Source of the DNA: Planctomycetota bacterium
GTDB lineage: Bacteria; Planctomycetota; SZUA-567; H5-PLA8
Length of the DNA stretch: 64,000 nt
NCBI GenBank assembly: GCA_038227875.1
Contig: JBBRPR010000033.1
Coordinates: 29,580 to 93,579, forward strand
Reading direction: 5' to 3'
This document shows, piece after piece, positions 1 through 9,562 of the stretch (its first letter is position 1; each line of letters starts with the position of its first letter). Both the position numbers and the translations under genes were made by a program. The notes beneath the pieces are model-generated. The model was given only the letters and a program-made list of their open reading frames with translations, was not told the origin of the DNA and did not search any database.

Positions 1-91
1 AAAATGCAAGAAGGCGCAATTGCACACGTGAAGTCGTTAAATGATGGTGTTCCACGTGTAAATAGTTCTGTGTTCTTGCGTCTTAATACAA

Positions 92-119
92 AGCGCCGAG
101 TGGTCTCCCACTCGGCGCT
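92..119 (-). terminator. Intrinsic terminator-like hairpin
   Basis: 12-bp perfect stem agcgccgagtgg/ccactcggcgct with a 4-nt loop, ~30 nt downstream of the stop of the 148..1356 gene and followed by TTGT on the minus strand. Confidence 0.6.
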
Positions 120-147
120 CGCGATCCTTCGCTTTGTTTTCTACTGT

Positions 148-1356
148 TTATCCGCGGCGGCGGTGATGGAGGGCAGCGCGTTCGCGTTCGCCTTTTTCGA
201 ACTTCTCAAACTCTTCGCGCGCCGGTTCCGCACCTTTGTTGTCCTTGCTGAACTTTTCGCGGAAATCCTTCCACTTCGCCTGGCGTTCGGCGGACAGCTC
301 GCTCGACCAGTGCTTGCCGCCTTCGCCGCGCAGAGCCGCGAGGCCCGAACCTGCTCCTGCACCGGCCCCAGATCCCGCCGTGGACCGCGCATGCGAGGCC
401 GCCGTGCTGGAACCCGACCCGGAAGTGCCGGTGCTGTTCGGTTTGGTCACCGAGCGTTCAGTATTGCCGCTATAATCCCACTTACCGTTGGATTCCTTGG
501 TCAGCTCGCCAGTGCGGTCGATTGTTTCCGTCTTGCCGTTGGCGAACGTCTTGGTCACCTGCTCGTCGACCGTCTTCGTGCCGTTGCCGTTGTTGACGAC
601 TTCGGTATCGCGGTTGGTGGTCCAGGTGGATTCTTTGCCGTTGGGACCTTTCGCATCGCCGGTCGTCGTGCTGGTGCGGTCGAAGCCGTTGCTCGTCCGC
701 GTTTGTTCGCCGGTGGTGTTGCGGGTGATCTCGGCGCCGTTGCTCACGTTCGTGTCGCTGCTGCGCGTGAAGTCATAGCCGTCGGCGGTCTTCTGCGTCG
801 TGCCGTTGCGGTTGGTGGTCCAATCGGTTTCCTTCCCGGCGGCGTTCTTGTGTTCGCCAGTCGTCGTCGAATTCCACGTCCCGTCGCCCTGTCCATCGCG
901 GTGCGACGCGCCGGTGGTCTGTGTCTGCGACGATCCGCCGTTGGAGTTCGTGGTGTTCGATTCGCGCGTCCAGTCGTGTCCATCGCTGGTCTTGGTCACC
1001 GTGCCCGAACTGTCGGTCGTCCACGTCTTGCCGGTCTGATTATTCGTCGCCGTCGTCGTGCCGCTCCAGGTGTGGCCGTCGGGCGTTTTCTGAACGGTGC
1101 CGCTGCTGTCGGCCGACCACGAATGTCCGTTGTTCTCGTTGGTCGTGGTGCTGGTCGCCTGCCAGGATTTGGTGCCATCGGGATTGGTGATCCACTGTCC
1201 GCTGGCGGTGGTGTTGAATTCTGTCGTCGTCGTGGTCGATCCATCGGAGCTGTCGGCCGCGCGCGCACTCGTGAGCAGCGATGCGAACGCCACGGCAAGC
1301 GCTGCCGAGGTGATGCGTTTAATCCAGCGTTGGAGTTTTGAGTTCTGTGGTTTCAT
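148..1356 (-). CDS. Secreted Thr/Gly/Asn-rich beta-repeat protein with a charged C-terminal helix
   Basis: AAGGAG RBS upstream of ATG (MKPQNSK); signal peptide ending ARA-A; repeated G-x-(T/S)W(T/S)T..SGT..KT.DG..W motifs; GAGAGAG linker. Confidence 0.75.
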   Translation of the reverse strand: MKPQNSKLQRWIKRITSAALAVAFASLLTSARAADSSDGSTTTTTEFNTTASGQWITNPDGTKSWQATSTTTNENNGHSWSADSSGTVQKTPDGHTWSGTTTATNNQTGKTWTTDSSGTVTKTSDGHDWTRESNTTNSNGGSSQTQTTGASHRDGQGDGTWNSTTTGEHKNAAGKETDWTTNRNGTTQKTADGYDFTRSSDTNVSNGAEITRNTTGEQTRTSNGFDRTSTTTGDAKGPNGKESTWTTNRDTEVVNNGNGTKTVDEQVTKTFANGKTETIDRTGELTKESNGKWDYSGNTERSVTKPNSTGTSGSGSSTAASHARSTAGSGAGAGAGSGLAALRGEGGKHWSSELSAERQAKWKDFREKFSKDNKGAEPAREEFEKFEKGERERAALHHRRRG

Positions 1357-1603
1357 CGGTTTAACCCTCTCCTTGGTGCGGTCTTTTAAGACACGTTTCG
1401 GACTGCGGTTAACTAAATGGCAAGCGCGGGACCAGCGCGCCTCAAGGTCAAAATTTTCCGCCACTACCGGCGCCCACGATTTGCATAAAGTATTGAAGCA
1501 GTAGGTACTTCCACTCGCCTAAGCCCCACACTATTTTTCTTCACCACCGTGCCACAAAGTTCATGCATTCCATTGCCGGGCGTCATTTTGTGGAATTGTC
1601 CTA

Positions 1604-1633
1604 CGACGTGCGGCGACCTGCGGCGACGTGCGG
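1604..1633. repeat. 10-bp tandem direct repeat x3 (cgac(g/c)tgcgg) in a divergent intergenic region
   Basis: cgacgtgcgg cgacctgcgg cgacgtgcgg read directly. Confidence 0.7.
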
Positions 1634-1735
1634 CAGTGCGCGCGAGTGCATCAAACCACACGCGATTTTTCTCAGAGGTCGCCGGGCTTCGCCTTGTATA
1701 GTTGCCTCAAGATTTCCGAATTGTGGGAGAACTCG

Positions 1736-2839
1736 ATGACCACCGCGCTGCGCATACTGCTCGCGACCGCCTGCCTCTGTTCGCTTCGCACATTTTCTGG
1801 CGAGGCCGACGGGTCGCTCAAACAAAAGGGAGAACGCGTCGAAGAATTGCTCAGCGCGTTTGTTCCCGCGAGTGGACCTGGCGCGGCGATTCTGGTGATT
1901 CAGGACGGGAAGAAGATTTACGAGAAGTGCCACGGCGACGCCAACATCGCCGAGAAAATTCCGATCACGCCGGAGACCAACTTCGAACTCGCCTCCGATT
2001 CCAAACAGTTCACCGCGATGGCGATCATGATGCTGAAAGAGGAGGGAAAGCTGGAGTACTCCGATCACCTCTCGAAATTCCTTCCCGAATTCAAAGACGT
2101 CGGCCGTGAAATCACCATCGCGCATCTGCTTCATCACACCGCGGGGCTGAAGGATTACTTCGACGTCTGGGACAAACACGGCAAGGGCGAGATCACCGCG
2201 CGGCGCGTGATGGAACTGCTGGCCAAACAAGACAAGCTGCGCTTCGCGCCCGGTGAAAAGTACGAGTACAGCAACTCCGGCTACATGGTCCTGGCGCAGG
2301 TGATCGAAAAAGTCTCCGGCAAACGCTACGCGGAGTTCCTGCGTGAGAAAATTTTCGCGCCGCTGAAAATGGAGGACTCCGAAGTCTTCGACGAGACGCA
2401 CCCGAAGATCAAACACGGCGCCGCCTGCTACAAACACACGCGCGAAGGCTGGGAGAAAATCAAGCACGACGATTGGGACAACGTCTACGGCGACGGCAGC
2501 ATCCGCTCCACGCTCAACGATCTGTATAAATGGGACCAGGCGCTCTACACCGAGAAACTGATCAAAGCCAGCACGCTGGAAACAGCCTTCACGTCCGGAA
2601 AGCTGAACGATGGCTCCGACACCGGTTACGGTTTCGGCTGGGAGATCGACACGTACCATCGCGCCACTGTTGTTTCGCACAGCGGCGAGTGGCTCGGCTA
2701 CGAGAATTTCATCTACCGCATCCCCGAATGGAATTTCACCGTGATCTTTCTATCCAACGGCAGCTTCGCGAAGCAATCCGACAAGTTGATCGGCGAAGTA
2801 GTGCGCGTATTTTATCCAAAAGGAAAGGGGAAAGAGTGA
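1736..2839 (+). CDS. Serine hydrolase, beta-lactamase/AmpC-like family, secreted
   Basis: F.LAS.SKQF (SxxK), LLHHTAGL, YSNSGY (YxN), YGFGW and HSG motifs; signal peptide; GGGAGA RBS. Confidence 0.9.
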   Translation: MTTALRILLATACLCSLRTFSGEADGSLKQKGERVEELLSAFVPASGPGAAILVIQDGKKIYEKCHGDANIAEKIPITPETNFELASDSKQFTAMAIMMLKEEGKLEYSDHLSKFLPEFKDVGREITIAHLLHHTAGLKDYFDVWDKHGKGEITARRVMELLAKQDKLRFAPGEKYEYSNSGYMVLAQVIEKVSGKRYAEFLREKIFAPLKMEDSEVFDETHPKIKHGAACYKHTREGWEKIKHDDWDNVYGDGSIRSTLNDLYKWDQALYTEKLIKASTLETAFTSGKLNDGSDTGYGFGWEIDTYHRATVVSHSGEWLGYENFIYRIPEWNFTVIFLSNGSFAKQSDKLIGEVVRVFYPKGKGKE

Positions 2840-2861
2840 TGCCGAATGCCGAATGCCGAAT

Positions 2862-2902
2862 AACCCGCAAGGGGTGGCCCGGCCCAGAGCGGAGCGACGG
2901 GC
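2862..2902 (+). repeat. 41-bp REP-like palindromic repeat, left copy of an inverted pair flanking the ParB-like gene
   Basis: aacccgcaaggggtggcccggcccagagcggagcgacgggc matches the reverse complement of 4548..4588 at 39/41 positions. Confidence 0.85.
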
Positions 2903-3169
2903 CGGGTTGCGTGAGCAACAAGAAGGTGCAGGACAGACACACCCCTGCCGAAAATTCATCAGACTTCGAAGCGTGCCGGACGTGCACGGGAATGCGATCG
3001 GGTTGAGCGCGGTCGAGAGAGAATTCAGAATTCAGATTGATGAATCCGTGAGCGGGAATCGAGGCTCGCCTCTCAAGTCATCGCCAAAATCCGCGAGGGG
3101 TGAGCAACGCGAACAAGAACCTCGTCGGTGCGATGGATCAGTCCAAGACGGTCCCGAGAACATGGAAGG

Positions 3170-3315
3170 TTGCTTCGCTCACTCCGTGCGTAGCCAGTGC
3201 CGAGCGAAGCGCAGCACATCTAGCCCAACGCTATCGGCGACAAAGCCCAGGGTTGCGCCGCAGCGCTACCCTGGGTCACGATTCACCCTGCGCGGAGCAA
3301 CTCTGAAGGAGTTGT
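3170..3315. repeat. Cluster of REP-like palindromes
   Basis: tgcttcgctc...gagcgaagc; cccagggttgcg-ccgcag-cgctaccctggg; caactc-tgaag-gagttg. Confidence 0.55.
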
Positions 3316-3557
3316 GGCTTCCAAGTCGATGGCGCGACCCATAACCCTGAGAATCCTTCGCGATTAAATCCAATTCCAATAAAATAATCCCAACTTTTCG
3401 TCGTCCATAACTCATTCACTCTCAATATCTAACGACACACACCCAATATCAGATTAGGAATCTATTCGGTTTTGTCTTGATCTTCGGTCTATTCATGATG
3501 TATACTCCAATTGTCAGGTTCTCAACCGGAGGACCTATTTATAAGGAGTAGGTTGCC

Positions 3558-4475
3558 ATGCAACCCCTTCACGAAACTGCGGCTCAGTCCGCGAACAACA
3601 GCAACACCGGGGCTCCCGCCGAATCAGCCCCTCAGACACAACCGGTCTTGGAAAACGGACCGGCATTACCGATCCACGCCTCGGCGGCGATTTTCCCGCC
3701 GATGCGCGAGTCGGAGTTCGACGCCCTCGTCGCCGACATCCGCGAAAAGGGCCAGTTGGAGGCCGTCTGGCTCTGGCAAGGTCAGGTCATCGACGGACGC
3801 CATCGAGTTCTGGCGTGCCAGAAACTCGGTCTGACGCCGAAGACGCGCGAGTGGGACGGCCAGGGTTCGCTGCTCGAATTCATCGTCTCCGCGAACCTGC
3901 GGCGGCGGCACCTGAAAGAGAATCAGCGGGCAATGATTGGTGCGCGGATGTTGCCGCAGTTCGAAGAAGAGGCACTGTTGCGGAAGAAGTCGGGAGGTGT
4001 GGTGGATTTTAACCATCCCGCAAATTTGCGGTATGGTACAGCCGCCCACCAAGTGGCTCTTCTACTTTCTGTGTCAGAAAGAAGTATTACATCCGCGAAG
4101 AAACTTCGTGAACACGGAATTCCTTCACTGATCTCTCGTGTTGACGAAGGCAAACTCGCGGTCTCGACGGCGGCGAAGATCGCGGAGTTTCCTCCGGAGG
4201 AGCAGCAGCAGTTGCTGAAACTGAGCAAGCCGGAGCTTGGCAAAATTGTGCGGCCGAAAGAAAAGGTGTTGGTGAAACCTCCGCTCCCGAAGGAAGCGGT
4301 GACGACGGGCGCACCCGCGTACCGGTCGTTCTCCGGAGAACTATCGTACACACCGGAGAATGGCTACCGGCTGAAATTGTCGCGCGACCGGTACAAGCGG
4401 CAGTTCCGCGAAGCCGCGCGCAACGACGCGTTCATCGAAAAGCTGGTGCACGGCATGTTCGTGTATGTCGAGTGA
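3558..4475 (+). CDS. ParB/Srx N-terminal-domain protein with HTH (phage/mobile-element type)
   Basis: EFDALVADIREKGQLEAV..IDGRHR..AC and SANLRRRHL..QRA motifs; HTH-like A..L.VSERSI..AK segment; AAGGAG RBS. Confidence 0.85.
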   Translation: MQPLHETAAQSANNSNTGAPAESAPQTQPVLENGPALPIHASAAIFPPMRESEFDALVADIREKGQLEAVWLWQGQVIDGRHRVLACQKLGLTPKTREWDGQGSLLEFIVSANLRRRHLKENQRAMIGARMLPQFEEEALLRKKSGGVVDFNHPANLRYGTAAHQVALLLSVSERSITSAKKLREHGIPSLISRVDEGKLAVSTAAKIAEFPPEEQQQLLKLSKPELGKIVRPKEKVLVKPPLPKEAVTTGAPAYRSFSGELSYTPENGYRLKLSRDRYKRQFREAARNDAFIEKLVHGMFVYVE

Positions 4476-4493
4476 TGGCGCTGTAACGTCCGG

Positions 4494-4536
4494 GCGGCTC
4501 GCGGAAAATGGCGAATCAATATTTTCCGCGAGCCGC
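4494..4536 (+). terminator. 16-bp stem hairpin directly after the ParB-like gene
   Basis: gcggctcgcggaaaat / attttccgcgagccgc perfect inverted repeat. Confidence 0.6.
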
Positions 4537-4547
4537 AGTCCTTGAGC

Positions 4548-4588
4548 GCCCGTCGCTCCGCTCTGGGCCGGTCCACCCCTCGCGGGTT
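4548..4588 (-). repeat. 41-bp REP-like palindromic repeat, right (inverted) copy
   Basis: Reverse complement of 2862..2902 with 2 mismatches. Confidence 0.85.
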
Positions 4589-4680
4589 GATCCCCGCTCC
4601 CCGGATTCATCATTCATCAATCATCGTTCTGAATTTGTCCTCATCATCACTCTGAATTCTGAATTTCTTGGGCAGCGCGC

Positions 4681-5565
4681 TCAGTAGCTCTCAGGCTGAT
4701 TGGCCGTGGCAATGCCGACCGCGATGCCTACAAGCACGGCGATGAAAATTAACCGCACCACCGCAATCTGCCACGGTTTGAGCCGCTTCACGAACGGCAA
4801 TTCGGCGATCCAGGCCGCAAACGCGGCGGCGGTGAGCAGCACGGCACAGCTGAGCGGGACGTCGGTGAGAAAATGGCCAAGTACTACATAGAGAAACCCG
4901 AGCGGCGCAACAACCATCGACATGCCGCGCGCGAGAGGAAATTTGGGGAACAAGAGCGAACCCACGAATATCGCGCCCGCGATCGCGGTCAGCGTGCCGC
5001 ACAGCATTGCATATTTCGCGCCGCCGGAAAGCGAGATGACTCTGCTGGTTCCTACGACCACCACAAAGACCGCCGCCGCCGTATCGAAGCTCCGGTTGCG
5101 CCGCGCGATTGCGGCCCACGATTCCCATTGCAGCAACAGCGCCGCGGAGATCGCGGGGACGAACGTCCAGACGTTCTCGGGTTGATTGCGGCGGATCGGC
5201 GTCAGCACCAGCCAGACGGCAACGGCCGATATCACCGCGCGGAGCAGAAAAAGCGAAAAGCTGAATTTCGCGGCCGTCTTGTCGCTCCGCGCAGACATCG
5301 CATCCAGCGCCGCGATCAGGCCGAACGGCAACGCGAGATAGAACAGCCAGTGCGCCGCATCAATCGGCGGAAATTTAGGCAGCGTATCCTGGCCCCATTG
5401 TCCGGCCATGTACGCCAGCATGCAGCCGAGGCCCGCTCCGAAGCTCATGCGCGCGGACAGGTCCTGCGTGTTGATCGTCTTGCGGTCCGTGAGCCAAAAC
5501 GGCAACAACACCGCCACTACAATGGCGCACGGAATTCCAACGACGTAGGCAATGAGTTGAATCAT
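4681..5565 (-). CDS. Hypothetical polytopic membrane protein (~9 TM)
   Basis: Alternating hydrophobic segments through 294 aa. Confidence 0.7.
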   Translation of the reverse strand: MIQLIAYVVGIPCAIVVAVLLPFWLTDRKTINTQDLSARMSFGAGLGCMLAYMAGQWGQDTLPKFPPIDAAHWLFYLALPFGLIAALDAMSARSDKTAAKFSFSLFLLRAVISAVAVWLVLTPIRRNQPENVWTFVPAISAALLLQWESWAAIARRNRSFDTAAAVFVVVVGTSRVISLSGGAKYAMLCGTLTAIAGAIFVGSLLFPKFPLARGMSMVVAPLGFLYVVLGHFLTDVPLSCAVLLTAAAFAAWIAELPFVKRLKPWQIAVVRLIFIAVLVGIAVGIATANQPESY

Positions 5566-5791
5566 ATATTTTTAGAACGACGCCGAATGCCAGTGAGGAT
5601 TAAGCCCAAGCGAAACCGCATCGCTCTCGATGAGTGGCCCGGCACGGATAATTTTGAATTGCTTCGGTGACAACAATTCAAAATTAAGAATTCAAAATTA
5701 TCCGTGCCAGCCTCCGCCGTATTCAACACGCATCGAACGTACTCAACGCGTGCTCAATTTCGACATTCGACATTCCTCTCTCGACATTCCA

Positions 5792-6361
5792 CTACTTGAC
5801 CGCTTCCACCGCGACGGTCAGCTGCACATCGTCGCCGATCATGGCGGGCATGAAGTTCATGCCGTAATCGGAGCGCTTGATCGTGAACGTGCCTTCGTAG
5901 CCGATGTGCGTGCCCATCTTCGGGTCCGACATCGCGCCGGTCTTCACGAACGTCACCTTGATCGACTTGGTCACGCCGTGGAGCGTCAGGTCGCCGGTGA
6001 TATCGAGAGCGCCTTCTTCCTTGCCTTTCTCGACGGTCTTGCTCTTAAAGGTGATCGTCGGGAACTGGACGGCGTCGAAAAAGTCGGCTTTCTTCAGATG
6101 CTGGTCGCGCTTGGGCTCGTGCGTGTCGACGTTGTCGGACTTCAATTCGACTTCCACCGAACTGCCCGCCGGATTGGCATCGTCGACGACGATCGTGCCG
6201 GTCGGTTCGTTGAAGCGGCCATAGGTGTTGCTGGTGTTCATATGCTTGATCTTGAAGATCACAAACGAATGAACGGGGTCGAGCTTGTACGTGTCGGCGG
6301 CATGAACCAGCGGGATGCCCGCGAGCAGAACAGTGGCCAGCAGCCAGGTCTTCGTCTTCAT
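5792..6361 (-). CDS. yceI: YceI family periplasmic lipid/polyisoprenoid-binding protein
   Basis: YKLDPVHS.V.F.IKH, GRF, RDQHLK.ADFFD..QFPTITFKS, GDLTLHGVTK, IKRSDYGM motifs; signal peptide; GGAGG RBS. Confidence 0.92.
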   Translation of the reverse strand: MKTKTWLLATVLLAGIPLVHAADTYKLDPVHSFVIFKIKHMNTSNTYGRFNEPTGTIVVDDANPAGSSVEVELKSDNVDTHEPKRDQHLKKADFFDAVQFPTITFKSKTVEKGKEEGALDITGDLTLHGVTKSIKVTFVKTGAMSDPKMGTHIGYEGTFTIKRSDYGMNFMPAMIGDDVQLTVAVEAVK

Positions 6362-6416
6362 GTTGACAGTGCCTCCAGTAAGTGCGTCCGTGCGCCCTGA
6401 AGCGCGCGGACTTGGG

Positions 6417-8633
6417 TTATTTCTTCTCAGTACTCGATCCACTCAGGATCGCTTTCAACTCCGCCGCACCCGCGGCGGTCTTGATACCTGCCGAAGTCTC
6501 CACACTGACGCTGACGGAGTGCTTCTCATTCGATTCATGGTGGACGGTGACCACTTTCCACGGCGCGTAGAGCTGCGCGGCGGTCTCCACCAGTTCGCGC
6601 ACCGGAGCGGATTTGGATTCGCCGGTGATTGTAACTACTGTCACCCCGTTTTGCAGTGCATCCGCGACGGATGTCAGCGTCGCGGCGTAAGGCCCCAGCT
6701 TCGGCATTCCGGCGGCGAAGGCTTCGACCGTGGCTTCGGCGCGATCGTGGTACATCAGATTTCCCGTCAGCGCGTACAGCCGCATGCAACCCTGAGCGAT
6801 CAGCCCGTTGGCCGGCGGTTCGGCGGTGTCCATGTACGCTTTCTGCGTCCACGGCAGACTGGTCAGCGGTTCGGCGTTCACGCCGGCGATGCGGTCGAAG
6901 TGGCCGCCGTCGACAGGGTCCCAGAAATTCTGATTCAAGCGCTTGTAGCTGGCCTCCGCCTGTTCGCGGAAGTAGACCTCGCCAGTGACTTCAAACGCGA
7001 CCGTGCATGCCGCGAAAACCGCCGCTTCATCCTGCGCCAGGCCCACGCCACCATCGGTATTCGCAGCGCCGGGCACACGGCGGCCGAGCAGCACGTGAAC
7101 CATGCGGCTGCCATTGGCGCCGGCACCGGCCTGGATGCCGTGGGTCAGGATTTCCTTGAGTACCTTCGTTCCGGTCTCGACCCAGTCGGGATGATTGAGC
7201 GCGCGTCCGCATTCCAGTTGCGCGGCGGCCATCAGGGCGTTGGCGTCGACGTAGAGATTTTCGTCCACCGGCGGAGCGGGTCGGGCATTGCGCGCTTTGA
7301 GTAACTGCTCGTGAATTTTCGGCAGGCGCTTGAGCGCTTCGGCTTCGTCTATGCCCGCGGCTTTCGCGGCGGCGCTCAGCGGCAGGGCTTCGAAGAGCAC
7401 GTTCCGGTCCGGCGCGGTCTGCGGGGCGTCGCCGAGTTCGGCGATGTCGTAGAGCGCGCAGGCGAGTTTGCAATCGGTGTTGTCGCGCAACGCGTTCTCG
7501 ACTTCCTTGATCGTCCACGTGTAGTAATCGCCTTCGTCGACGCTGCTGACGTCGGCCGACTGCGAACCGCACCACCCGGCAGCACCGTTGCGCGGGTTGT
7601 CCGGATTATTCCAGAGCGGCGGGGAATTCCAGCAGCGCACGGTCTTCTCGATCGCTTCCTTATAGGTGGGATTGCCGGTTGCCTACCAGGCGTGGAGCAG
7701 CACCGGCAGCATCTCGGCGTTGAGCGTCAGCATTTTTTCGAAGCGCGGCGCGCGCCAGAAGCGGTCGACGCAGTAGCGGTGAAAGCCGCCGCCGAGCCGG
7801 TCGAAAATCGCGCCGCGGAGCATGGCGTCGAGCGTGACGGTGACGACTTTGAGGCTGTCGGCGTTTTTCGTTCGGCCAAAATTAAGCAGGCAGGCATCCA
7901 GCCCGCGCGGGGCGGGGAAGCGGTTGGGTTCAAGCTTCGAGCCGCCGAAACGTTCATCGAGCGTCGCCTGCATGCCGCTGGTGAGCTGCAAAATCGCCTG
8001 CGGCGGCAGCGGCCCGGCGGTCTTCTCGTTCTCCTGCGTTTTTTTGAAGAGCAGATCGACGGTGTCGGCGCGTTCGTAGACTTTCGGCTGCGCTTCCATC
8101 CACAGCGCCGCAACCCAGCGCAGCGTGGCGCGCAGGCCGGGCTTTTCGTTCTGGAAATCGTCGTCGGCGGTGTACGACGTGCCGCCGAAAAATACTTTCC
8201 CGCCGGGCGTGAGGCAGACGGTCAGCGGCCAGCCGCGCACGTTGGAGATCACCTGCACGGCCTGTTGCAGGCGCAGGTCCACGTCGGGTCGCTCATCGCG
8301 GTTGAGTTTGACGGGGATGAAGTAATCGTTGATCAGCGTGGCGACGCCGGCTTCGGCGAAGGCGGTGCGTTCCATTACGCGTCCGGCGTGGCACCACGGT
8401 GCGGTGACGAAAAGGAGAATCGGTTTGTTCACTTTCGACGCTTCGGCGAACGATTCGTTCCACGTGCGCCACTTGACGGTGCCGGTGCCCTTCTCGACGC
8501 CCGGATCGTTCTCGTTGCGCGGCGTGAAGGCGCGCGGATTCCACGGCGGCGTGGCCGGCGCGGTTTCCTGCGCGGCGAGCGCGGTGAATGAGGCCATGAA
8601 GAGTGCAACAACGAGTTGGGAGGTGGAACGCAT
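6417..8633 (-). pseudogene. YyaL/SSP411 (DUF255 thioredoxin + alpha/alpha barrel) protein interrupted by one in-frame TAG at 7683..7685
   Basis: ORFs 7683..8684 and 6417..7640 share a frame; motifs WCH..RVME, FIPVK..RDERPDVD, GWPLT, GGGFHRY.VD..W..P.FEKML, EG.YYTW, D.AEP..NG; the read-through text is LHAW*ATG. Confidence 0.85.
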
Positions 8634-8723
8634 GGGACTAATGTACTGTGCGGTAGGCAAGAGTCTAACGGAGTGGCGGGGCAAAATTAAAAATTCAAAG
8701 TAAAAAACGCACGCGGAAGAAGT

Positions 8724-8864
8724 GGTGCCATGGATGCATAAATTTCTGAGCGTAGCGAAGAAAACTATTCATCCGTGCAATGCGTATTTCCCAAGTGAGG
8801 ACGCGCAACGCACGGATGAACGGACACTTTCGCTACGCTCAAGTGTCCGCGCATCCGTGGCACC
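8724..8864. repeat. Paired inverted structured repeat (unit B + inverted unit A), REPIN/MITE-like
   Basis: GGTGCCA(c/t)GGATGC-stem-GAGCGTAGCGAA-stem-TTCATCCGTGC units in inverted orientation; second copy at 18007..18249. Confidence 0.85.
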
Positions 8865-8900
8865 AATACTATCGGCGCGCGTTCTAAATTTTGAATTCAG

Positions 8901-9458
8901 CTAGCCGCCCTCGGGAATCGGGCCGTCGGTGTCCGCCCATTCGATCTCGTCGCGCTGGTGGGAGTCGAGGTTCAGGCTGTCGCCGATTTCGTAGGTCAGG
9001 CGGGTGCCTTTCATGCTGGCACCTAAGAAGGAGCACATTTCAAAAATGGAGATGCGCAGGTCGGCGCCGTCGAGAATGGCGTGTTTGAAGCTGCATTGCT
9101 TGTAGACCGAGCCGCGCAGGTCAGCGTGATTTAGCAGCGCGTGGGCAAAATCGCAGTCGTGGAAGTTGTTCCAGCAGAAGACGGCAGACTTCAAATCGCT
9201 GCGGTAGAAATTCACGTTCTGCAGCGTGGAACGGCAGATACCGAGCGTATCGAGCGTGAGTTTGCACAAATTATGGTCTTCAACCTCGGTGCGAAAAAAC
9301 GAGATCCGTTCGCTTTCCGGATCGAAGCGAGAGGTATAGGTCTTCGGATCGAACGCGCCGGAGTCTTGTTGTTTGGGCGTGATGAAAGCGCCCAGTTTGG
9401 TCAGGTATTTCCACGAGTCCTGCTGACTTTTGCGACGGTGCTCAGACATGATGTCCAT
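8901..9458 (-). CDS. Pentapeptide repeat protein
   Basis: A(D/N)Lxx-type repeats (SDLKSAVF, ADLRGS, ADLRIS, ASMKG); AAAGGAG RBS. Confidence 0.85.
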   Translation of the reverse strand: MDIMSEHRRKSQQDSWKYLTKLGAFITPKQQDSGAFDPKTYTSRFDPESERISFFRTEVEDHNLCKLTLDTLGICRSTLQNVNFYRSDLKSAVFCWNNFHDCDFAHALLNHADLRGSVYKQCSFKHAILDGADLRISIFEMCSFLGASMKGTRLTYEIGDSLNLDSHQRDEIEWADTDGPIPEGG

Positions 9459-9562
9459 CGTGCTCCTTTTGATTTGCTTTCCTCATTTTTACCGTGTTGG
9501 AATTGAGAGTCTATTAGAATGTAGGGCCACTCCAGTAACTCAGATTGAGGGGCATTCCGGCG

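Noticed and set aside
4..1341. 445-aa plus-strand ORF and other long antisense ORFs (e.g. 10929..13202, 19198..20781, 22134..23690, 42398..43918)
   Set aside because: They are shadow frames of well-supported opposite-strand genes in high-GC DNA and carry no family motifs.
1736..2839. True beta-lactamase
   Set aside because: The motifs fit the broad serine hydrolase/AmpC-like family, and the substrate cannot be inferred from the sequence.
3558..4475. Chromosome-partition parB or a prophage
   Set aside because: There is no parA, no parS palindrome and no phage structural or integrase gene nearby.
7683..7685. Genome-wide TAG reassignment (to Gln or Pyl)
   Set aside because: Conserved genes here (tkt, yceI, BLUF, MerR) end at normal length with TAG, and only one otherwise intact gene has an internal TAG.
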